Source: Candidatus Micrarchaeota archaeon
GTDB lineage: Archaea > Micrarchaeota > Micrarchaeia > Norongarragalinales > SBBD01
DNA length: 64,000 nt
Reading direction: 5' to 3'
Assembly: GCA_018819225.1 (NCBI GenBank)
Contig: JAHJQN010000001.1
Location: 70,527 to 134,526 of the forward strand
Shown here: positions 45,501-51,382 of the stretch, piece by piece
Layout of the letters: each line of letters begins with the position of its first letter
Position numbering within the stretch: position 1 is the first letter of the stretch
Made by a program: the position numbers and the translations under genes
Notes under the pieces: generated by a model
Databases searched by the model: none
What the model saw: the letters and a program-made list of their open reading frames with translations, nothing else
Told to the model about the DNA's origin: nothing

Positions 45501-46761
45501 AGGGCAAACGATCCGATACCGTAAGGATCCCGATATCCGTGGCATTGAAAATATTGTTGGAATCGTTGGCATAAAAGCGATAACCAACCGCCTTATTCTC
45601 GCAAGCCGTCGGAACGGCTTTCGTGGTGTTCGTATAGTTTTCGCTTTGGAAAAGTTCGGGAGTGAAGTTCACCCAACCACTCGTTATTCCGCAATCGCTT
45701 CCGGACGCGTTCCAAGAGAATACGAATGTGCTTAAATCGCTTTGCACGTCCAACCACTGAGAGTAGAAAAGCGTAATATCGTTTACAAACGCCGGAGTCG
45801 TCGCATTATCTCCGAAGTTTCTCCATTCCGGCGGCGAGGCATCCGAATCGTCGTAAATGAGTCCGGTTTGGTTGAATACGATAATGGAAACGGGATTGGG
45901 GGTATGGCTCTGTTCCGCGTCGCCGACTTGGTCTTCCTGCAAGACGACGTCAATAGTAGTGGAAGTCATCGGAGTGCGATCGTCGATAACGGCCCAAGAG
46001 CCATCCGCTCCCTGGTGTTCCGTCTGCATCACTAATGCGGACGCAGGGAATACCCCCAAATCATGAATGTACTGATAATTGCCATTGTCTCTCGACCGGA
46101 CTTGGTCTGGAGTGATAATGGAGCGATACTGTAATCCGCTGTCGGAGCTGTTGATGCGCTCCCAGGCAATCCAGCCGACTTGTTCATTGCCGTGAAGGGT
46201 GGCGCGCACTTCCGCATTTTCGAGAGCGAGCTGAAAATTCGTTGCGGTAATCGTGTTAAACGTCGTATCGGTAAACGTGGGATCTTCTTGGGTCATTACC
46301 CCCGAGAATACATTGGGAGCGGAAGAAAAGGGGGAAGAATACGTAATCGTGTCAAAGCAGTCTCCGGAAGTGCTCTTTCCTTGTTGACAATTAGATGTAA
46401 CATTGTCGGCTTCAATGATGACTCCGGATTCAACAAGGGTGTGGCGTCCGACTTCGACGGCCACCCAAAAAACGGTGTCATTCCAGTTCACGTACGAATC
46501 ATTGTCCGCTTGCAAGCGCACGAAGAATCCAGTAGAGTTCACATCGAATACGCGGACCGTGTAGGGATTAGGACTGGTTTTATATTGTTCAGCCACCACG
46601 ACCGGATCAGTTAACGGAACCGTAAAGTCAATCCAAGCCGAGGTATTCCCAACCGTAGAATACGAGCCGACTTCTCCAACCACATTATCTGCGTTTACAG
46701 GTAAAGCCATTGCTAGCAATAGGAAAAATCCAAGCACAATGGTTTTTCTGTTTGAATTCAT
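39589..46761 (-). CDS. Giant (2,390 aa) secreted repeat protein / putative adhesin
   Basis: Signal peptide; two copies of a ~280-aa DN(V/I)VGEVG...YDDSD domain; seven copies of a GC(N/G/D)AG-containing module; many N-x-S/T sequons; no C-terminal TM; C-terminal domain homologous to the 46772-47398 protein. Confidence 0.9.
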   Translation of the reverse strand: MNSNRKTIVLGFFLLLAMALPVNADNVVGEVGSYSTVGNTSAWIDFTVPLTDPVVVAEQYKTSPNPYTVRVFDVNSTGFFVRLQADNDSYVNWNDTVFWVAVEVGRHTLVESGVIIEADNVTSNCQQGKSTSGDCFDTITYSSPFSSAPNVFSGVMTQEDPTFTDTTFNTITATNFQLALENAEVRATLHGNEQVGWIAWERINSSDSGLQYRSIITPDQVRSRDNGNYQYIHDLGVFPASALVMQTEHQGADGSWAVIDDRTPMTSTTIDVVLQEDQVGDAEQSHTPNPVSIIVFNQTGLIYDDSDASPPEWRNFGDNATTPAFVNDITLFYSQWLDVQSDLSTFVFSWNASGSDCGITSGWVNFTPELFQSENYTNTTKAVPTACENKAVGYRFYANDSNNIFNATDIGILTVSDRLPYYSIDPIYLGANTSTAEVNDQILFFSYWWDDLALSSFFLETNFSGALTNGSQTDFFFTNDSWANQTDVIDPSQEGKEVWGRIWVNDSNNQFNVTAFNLVSVQNQSPLVNTTGINDSVAIYTDEICVNVTAGDAGAGIDEVWVSLTYPNTSIFNWSLSDLGCNAGGAGDIYWGRSINVGTDPGTLTINASFANDTIGNEGEETPWPAWNISITAPNLPPYYNATNGYRGLNTTDADARDQILFYTYWYDESALSTYFLEWNGSASMANESAVVFSPSNDTWGNLTISVPAAIEGEVLGGRMWANDSTNQFNVTEFFFVNILNQTPLVNATEVDSNFVYQNSLICINASAGDAGAGLDRVWALVNYPNGSLINYTLLDGGCNAGGADDNRWGRQISVGTALGNLTINTTYANDTVGNEDFESPRPLLQVQIDVPPDTPPYYEINTVYWGANVSTPDPHDRLLIYSYWYDDVSLSTYTLRWNETGSFEYQDWTVFSPSNDTWGNYSIELPGSSEGKNISGNIWTNDTTDQFNSTPFSYLVVQQAPPVLNSSEVNSSGVIVNSRICVNASAGDLGVGVDKVWVTVTYPNSSIFNWSLSDTGCNAGGVGDNRYGREIAVGTILGDLTINATFANDSLGNEGEETPWPALNVTIGNQPPFYPDDPAYLGADDTAPVTLQNVKFFSYWYDDALLSTYSLEWNASGSMENVSWTDFSFGNDTWGNETVQIPAIQEGNVLAGRIWANDSANQFNVTPFTYLYIQNVSPVINSTASNATNLRPSHRACVTATAGDAGMGLDEVWILITYPNASIFNWSLSDTGCGAGGAGDNVYGLEIDTGNSLGTATINTTFANDTLGNEGKQTPWPAINITVFNNAPYSNPNAVYKGVNDTEINSTDQIDFYAYWYDDIALSTHILEWNGTGSMANESAIVFSPTNNTWSNYSVMVPANMEGEIIAGKPWANDSFNVFTPESFFYVTIANLSPEINSTASDKGSAYLDTLICINASSGDQGVGVSEVWAAITFPNGTSANISLSDTGCNAGGSNDNRYGGAVNVSSVEGVLRINTTFSNDTLGNLGYEDPYPNVVVSVEQQPPPGDNIVGEVGVINSVSNASVWVDFTFALYRPVVVAIHNHTSPNSYSVRIYDVNGTGFYARIQQPNETLVDWNDTVYWLAVERGGHNLNMSNTYIEAGNFTSNCQQGASTPGTCYDTITYANSFSVNPAVISSVQTQNDPTWIETIENSVGTASFQLALENAEVRSTLHGTEQVGWIAWAIGVNNTAGINYSAVSGAGVRGHDNGDYNVTHNLNQEPVSGVIQQTLRSGANGGWAVLADVIPYWWSTIVSMHIDEDQVLDTERSHNPESVVMIVFNATGVLYDDSDVFPPLYQNLGDNASGSITVADPVLMYSQWWDELSNLSLYTFSWNATGSQCGELGFQNDTEAEFQSQNWTNTSKVIPVGCEGKTFGYQFHANDSNNIWNTTDFGFVVVTNQSPTINTTSANFTQGNVTINETICINATVGDPSGIDAAWIMVNYPNGTAINLTLSDTGCDAGVADDNWYGVEVDVGLVVGNLTINTTFGNDTVLNEGEQSPWPALNFTVKNDAPYHNESPIYLGVDNSSPEVLDNVTFFSYWFDDSGLEWYWLEWNASLSFENASNASFSEQNNSWANITIEVPVSAEGETVWWRIWANGSINSTPFAPLGPVKTYPIVNSTYVNTSNATVNTTICVNASAGDKGGLDRVWAMITFPNGTAQNWTMSDTGCNAGVANDNRWGVEVNVSFIGSNLTVNTTYANDTKGNEGWEDPFPLLNVFVKLPPNPIGGSGQYVGFYGISTQRLNSETGPESSEAYAKRQNTGTVFITKQGDTPTWSKLTAADDAADMPAIDSGLGLFYVEDLLENNYNNSGGNLCGLSGVNYMITTDGNWNIGVMYSDEDDSSAFSAGDTIIFCADLNPDAANFEGGSSDYEIAFPKSLEDFVDFWVEE

Positions 46762-46771
46762 GGGAGAAGGA

Positions 46772-47398
46772 TCACTCCAAGTCGTACCAGATGTCGTAAC
46801 TCAAGAAGGAAGGCGTTTTCGCGACAATGATTTGATAATTAATGGTACCGAAGCCGTTCGTGGAAGTAAAGCTGCTGATGTTCGTGCAGAAAAAGTAGTT
46901 CTCGGTTCCCGGAGTAGAAGAATCAAATAATATGCCCGTGCTGCGGCTGTCCGTCGTGTTAAGCACTTTAATATCGAGATTCGAGCCGCATTGTCCGTCC
47001 GAAGCATTGGTATCGAAATGGTTTGCAGTAGAATAGTAACCCGTCAGCGAGAAGTTGCCATCCGTCGTGCTGTTCGTGGACGCGTTGACGAACGGAGCCG
47101 TTGGCGTCGCCCCTCCCTTAAGGAAATAGAGAACTCCGGACGTCACGCCCTTCTGATATAAAACGTTTCCAAGAGCAGTACTATTCCGCACTTGGGAAGA
47201 AACATTTCCGTAAAAACCGACGTATTGCTGCATGCGGCCCGTGATGTTCGTGTTATTCGCCGTGCCGTTTTCCGCGGGAACCGCCCAATTCGTGTAATCG
47301 GATTGTTCGGCAGCTGCCGCTACGTAGATGGCGCTCGCTATCACGACTGCGAGCAGCGCTCCGGCTACCGCTAATATATGCCAACTTCGCACGGCCAT
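46772..47398 (-). CDS. Secreted 208-aa beta-rich protein, putative filament/surface subunit
   Basis: Hydrophobic N-terminus, QYVGFYGNVS motif, two Cys, NYQIIV...YDIWYDLE C-terminus; N-x-T/S sequons. Confidence 0.85.
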   Translation of the reverse strand: MAVRSWHILAVAGALLAVVIASAIYVAAAAEQSDYTNWAVPAENGTANNTNITGRMQQYVGFYGNVSSQVRNSTALGNVLYQKGVTSGVLYFLKGGATPTAPFVNASTNSTTDGNFSLTGYYSTANHFDTNASDGQCGSNLDIKVLNTTDSRSTGILFDSSTPGTENYFFCTNISSFTSTNGFGTINYQIIVAKTPSFLSYDIWYDLE

Positions 47399-47416
47399 GA
47401 CCCACTCGGACCCAGG

Positions 47417-50400
47417 TTACTTTCGTTTTTTCTTCCCGGTCTTCTTGGAAGCGCGGGAAGAAAGCTTGCCCATCTTCTTGACTATAGCAGATGGGGATAC
47501 GCGTTTCTTGTTGGATGCGTTCGGTTTCACTTTGGCGTTCTTGCTTTTTACGTTCTTGGTTTTCATGGAATCCTTCAAGTTCTTGAGAATGCGATTCGCG
47601 CGTTTCTTGTGATCAAATTCGTCCTTGGAACGGTATTGGTTTCGAAGCGCCTTGATTTCTTTCAAACGCGCTTCGATGCGTTCCTCGGATTGGTCATCGT
47701 CCGCACTCGTTGCGGATATCGCATAGGATTCCGCGGTTTGCGATGCTTCCTCATCCTCTTCCTTCATGTCCTCCAGTACTTTCGCTTGTTCGCCAACGGA
47801 TTTCGAGGGAAGCGGAGCATGGGCTTTCTGGTTGTCTCGCCACGTCGTGAACGAGCGCTTGGGATCCGTTGCTTTCCGATCATCCGTTTTCAGGGGGGTG
47901 GAAGACCATGGAGACGGAGCGTTGGTCGGTTCTGGAGCGGCTGTTTTTTCCTCTGAAGGATTCACTTTCGAACCCATGCGCAACGGTTTCGAGGAGAGAA
48001 CGTTCTTGGAGGGCTTGAGTCTGTTGACGAGAGAGCCCACTGCGTTTTTCAACGGGTTGCCTGAAAGCTTTCGCTTCCCTTCCGCGATTTTCTTGACTTC
48101 CGTACGCGCTTTCTCTTCCAAACGTTTTTGCATGGCCTCCAAATCCTCTTCCCCGGCCGCTTTGGGAGCAGGAGTCGCGGTTTCGGTCGCTGCAGCCATC
48201 GTTGGAGACGGAGCGGATGCGCCCGGCTCGGGCGATGGAGACGAATCGTTCGCGATCTCGCCGTCGTGCGTCACCATGTCCGGGGAGGTAATCGCTAAGG
48301 ATGCTTCCTTCTTTTTCGGAACCTTCTTTTTGGGAGTGGAAGGGGCTTCCGCAGGCGGAGCCGCAGGGATTTCGGAAGTTTGGGAAATCGGGGCAACGGG
48401 CGCTGGCTCGCTGACGGCTTTCTCCAGACTTTGCGAGAGCTTCGCGGCCTGCAAATCTTCGGTGTGATGCTGACCGGCGATTTTCGAGAACTCTTGATGG
48501 ATCTGGTTCTCCAGCAGATTGAGGCGCTTGAGGTTCGCTTCCTTTGTCTTCTGGTAATCCGCTTCCGAAATCGCTTTCTCCAGGAATTCCTCCTCGTTGC
48601 TGGTGAGGATGAGTTCAAGGCCTTCTTTTTGCTTCTTCATTTCCTTGAGCTCGTGAGGCAGGTCGCGGCCTTGCTCGGCAAGTAGCTGTTTGGCGTGCAA
48701 TTCTTCGAGTCGCAGCTTCGATTCATCGAGTTGTTTCGTAATGTCGGATAGATCGTCTTTGGACGCGAGTTGTTCAAGCTTCGTGTTGCTGCTTTCCACG
48801 AGTTGCACCAGGTCTTTAACGCTTTCCGCCATCAGATCCTGCTTGCCTTTATACGTCATGAATTCCTCGAGGCGGCGGTTCATGTCCACGTACACGCGAC
48901 CGATTTCCTCGCTCAAGCGATCCGCTTTGTTGACCGTGCTATCGATTTTCACGACTTTCTCGGAGATTTGCTTGTTGACTTCCGAAATATTTTTGAGGCT
49001 GCCGATGCCTTCAAGCAATTCTTTCGTGCGGTTCACGTTTTTGGCGAGGTCTTGGCCCATGGTTTCTTGTTTCTCGATGCGCATCGCGTATTCCCCGATC
49101 GTGCGGTCGCGCTTTTCCAGTTCTTTCATGAGTTTCTGCGGCTCGAGTTCCTCCACCATGTCCATGAAACGCGATACTTTCGCTTCCTGTTCCTTGAGGC
49201 CGGCGTCGCGCTCGAACAACATTTGGCGCAATTCGCCCACGCTCTCCATGATGTGGCCCAAGCGTTCTTCAAGCGAGTTGCGCATCTCACCGAGCCCGTC
49301 CACTTTCACTTTCAGTTTTTCAAGCTCCATGATGACTTTTCCGCTTGCGGCTCCGCCACCCGTATCCTCTCCGCCGAGTTGCTGGGACAGCGATTTCTCT
49401 TCCGCGGGAGGGGCGACTTGCGGGGCCTGCACTTCAGGCGTGGAGCGGAACGGATCCTCCGGCGAACCCGAACCATACATCTTGGGCTCGGATGAGGAAG
49501 CCTCCGAGGGTTTGGATTCGTGATGCATTAATCCCGTTAACTTGTTCATGAAATTCGATACTTGATCGCCGCCTTTTTTCTGCGCGGGCGCCGGGGCAGT
49601 GACCGCTGAATCCGCGCGGTACACGTTCCCGGATATGGGCGCTTCCACTTCATCCGGCAAATGCTCTTCGGACTCCTCGTCTTCGAACATGCGCTTCTGG
49701 GCTTTGTGACGGTCTTTGATGTCGAGCTCGCCCATGATCGTGCGCGCCTCGTCCACAATGGCGTCCCGATCAAACGATTCGTTCAAATCATTGTAAAGGG
49801 GAGTGCGGGGTTTGGGCAGTTGCGGAGCGGGCGGCAGTTCGGGAGGCGCTTCAAAGCGCGGCTGGCGAGCGACTTTCTCGCGCGTGAGTTGCGCGAGACC
49901 CTCCACATCGAAATCATCCCCTAAGGGTTGGGACAAGCGGCGATGGGATTGGGAAGGACGCGTCATGCGGCCGTCGGTCTCCGTTTCTTCTCCGCTGTAG
50001 TCATGTTGTTGAATCAGGTGGCTCACGCGCTGCAGGCGCTTGGAGTTTTCCAGCTTGAGTTCATGATAACTCTCTTCCGAAATGCTGCCTTCGTTGTAAC
50101 TTTCCTCGAGGAATGAAAGCATGGCTTCCAGATCCTGCTGGTTCTTCGTGAGTTTGTCGAGCTGGGTCTCCATGTCTATGGATGAATCGGGCGCGTCTTG
50201 CTCGTAACTTTCCTCATAGGAAGAGGAGGGGACCGGGGGCTTCTGACGGATTTGATCCAGTTTCTGCAGGGACGCCTGCGTGACCTCGCGATAGCGATCA
50301 TCGGATATGGTGCCGCGTTTGTAACTGTGGCCTAAGAACGAGAGCAGGGCGAGAATGCCGTGTTCCATGCTCTTGGAATCGTAATCCTCGGTGCGCGCGT

Positions 50401-50509
50401 GCGATTGATGCGTTCCCGGAATGATGCGCTCGGAAAAAGCGACGGGCGCTTTCACTGGACGAGCTCCTTTCAGCCGACGCGTTCCAATCCCACTTTTTGG
50501 CATACCCAT
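47417..50509 (-). CDS. Large cytoplasmic coiled-coil protein with low-complexity linkers
   Basis: 1,030 aa, no TM or signal peptide; long central heptad region; three LxxLxxxY/FxxxxISxxxY motifs; Pro/Ala-rich spacers; Lys-rich tail. Confidence 0.88.
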   Translation of the reverse strand: MGMPKSGIGTRRLKGARPVKAPVAFSERIIPGTHQSHARTEDYDSKSMEHGILALLSFLGHSYKRGTISDDRYREVTQASLQKLDQIRQKPPVPSSSYEESYEQDAPDSSIDMETQLDKLTKNQQDLEAMLSFLEESYNEGSISEESYHELKLENSKRLQRVSHLIQQHDYSGEETETDGRMTRPSQSHRRLSQPLGDDFDVEGLAQLTREKVARQPRFEAPPELPPAPQLPKPRTPLYNDLNESFDRDAIVDEARTIMGELDIKDRHKAQKRMFEDEESEEHLPDEVEAPISGNVYRADSAVTAPAPAQKKGGDQVSNFMNKLTGLMHHESKPSEASSSEPKMYGSGSPEDPFRSTPEVQAPQVAPPAEEKSLSQQLGGEDTGGGAASGKVIMELEKLKVKVDGLGEMRNSLEERLGHIMESVGELRQMLFERDAGLKEQEAKVSRFMDMVEELEPQKLMKELEKRDRTIGEYAMRIEKQETMGQDLAKNVNRTKELLEGIGSLKNISEVNKQISEKVVKIDSTVNKADRLSEEIGRVYVDMNRRLEEFMTYKGKQDLMAESVKDLVQLVESSNTKLEQLASKDDLSDITKQLDESKLRLEELHAKQLLAEQGRDLPHELKEMKKQKEGLELILTSNEEEFLEKAISEADYQKTKEANLKRLNLLENQIHQEFSKIAGQHHTEDLQAAKLSQSLEKAVSEPAPVAPISQTSEIPAAPPAEAPSTPKKKVPKKKEASLAITSPDMVTHDGEIANDSSPSPEPGASAPSPTMAAATETATPAPKAAGEEDLEAMQKRLEEKARTEVKKIAEGKRKLSGNPLKNAVGSLVNRLKPSKNVLSSKPLRMGSKVNPSEEKTAAPEPTNAPSPWSSTPLKTDDRKATDPKRSFTTWRDNQKAHAPLPSKSVGEQAKVLEDMKEEDEEASQTAESYAISATSADDDQSEERIEARLKEIKALRNQYRSKDEFDHKKRANRILKNLKDSMKTKNVKSKNAKVKPNASNKKRVSPSAIVKKMGKLSSRASKKTGKKKRK

Positions 50510-50525
50510 TACCTCAGAATGCTTC

Positions 50526-50729
50526 TTACCCCTTCTTGAGCCGTTCCAGTTCGCGCCCGACGTCCCGACGCTTGAACACGTCTGAAATGTAGCGGTCCAT
50601 CAAGGCTTCCAGCACATCTCCAATGCGTTTCGATCGCCCGGTTTCGGGATCGCTGTCGAAACTGCATGCTCTCCGGAAGTCGTTCTGGAGTCGCTGCTCG
50701 ATTTTGACGTTGAACTGCGTCTTGGGCAC
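50526..50729 (-). CDS. Small ribbon-helix-helix-like DNA-binding protein
   Basis: KTQFNVKIEQRLQNDFRRAC...IGDVLEALMDRYI: alternating beta-strand followed by two helices. TTTTTAAA box about 25 bp upstream of the GTG. Confidence 0.6.
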   Translation of the reverse strand: MPKTQFNVKIEQRLQNDFRRACSFDSDPETGRSKRIGDVLEALMDRYISDVFKRRDVGRELERLKKG

Positions 50730-50749
50730 GGTAACCGCTAGGGTTCCGG

Positions 50750-50832
50750 GGTTTAAAAAGATAACTATCTATCGAGCTAACAAATAAAGAATCATAAGAA
50801 TCTATTTTGATATTTAGATATCTTTTTTCTAT
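50750..50832 (-). promoter_or_regulatory. AT-rich promoter/operator region
   Basis: Markedly AT-rich stretch with a TATA-like box, tandem AAGAATC repeats and several AGATA/TATCT units. Confidence 0.5.
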
Positions 50833-50834
50833 GT

Positions 50835-51377
50835 TCATGATGATTCACCTTGAGATAACCGTTTGAAATGCCCGATCGCCTCAGGCAAACGTCCGAAATT
50901 GATGAAACGTTGCGTAGGCGAAACATAGGGATGAAAGGCGTGCACTTCGATATTCCCTTTGCCGATGCGCTGAAGAAATCCATGCAACCCCGTCAACAAA
51001 CGGAAAACCTGTAATGGCGATGCATGTAAGGCCGTCGTATCGGCTGAAATCTGAATATGCCAATCCTTTCCTTTCGCAACATACCCTCTAATCACGTGCC
51101 GGTACTCAGCGGGTTTTGCATGACCTAAATGTTTGCGTACTTGATAGTAGTGGAAGATGCCGGATCCAATGGCCACCACCGGTTTTGTCAAATGAATGGA
51201 AAAACAAGATACCTTCTCGGGGTGTTTAATGACTTGACGGGACAGTACGATCTCCACACCATTCATACGTTCAATTCGATTTCCAGTGGCAAGAACGCGC
51301 GTGCGACGCCATCGACTCAATGAAGAACGAGGCTTCTCGGCGTTTTCTTTTCGTTTGCCAATAAGTGGAAAAGCCAT
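50835..51377 (-). CDS. Hypothetical basic protein (180 aa)
   Basis: ATG at 51377 (MAFPLIGKRK...) lies 5 bp after the stop of the giant ATPase gene. The longer track ORF overlaps that gene. Confidence 0.55.
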   Translation of the reverse strand: MAFPLIGKRKENAEKPRSSLSRWRRTRVLATGNRIERMNGVEIVLSRQVIKHPEKVSCFSIHLTKPVVAIGSGIFHYYQVRKHLGHAKPAEYRHVIRGYVAKGKDWHIQISADTTALHASPLQVFRLLTGLHGFLQRIGKGNIEVHAFHPYVSPTQRFINFGRLPEAIGHFKRLSQGESS

Positions 51378-51382
51378 GCGTC

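Noticed and set aside
47766-49523. Long antisense or alternate-frame ORFs (e.g. 47766-48467, 48690-49523, 7142-8059, 10602-11462, 18235-19113, 29195-30094)
   Set aside because: They are shadows of well-supported genes, with no recognisable motifs.
47417-50509. Coiled-coil protein as SMC/Rad50
   Set aside because: No Walker A/B, signature motif, hinge or zinc hook.
50509-50838. 109-aa ORF spanning the AT-rich gap
   Set aside because: It runs through the putative promoter and overlaps the more plausible RHH-like ORF in another frame.
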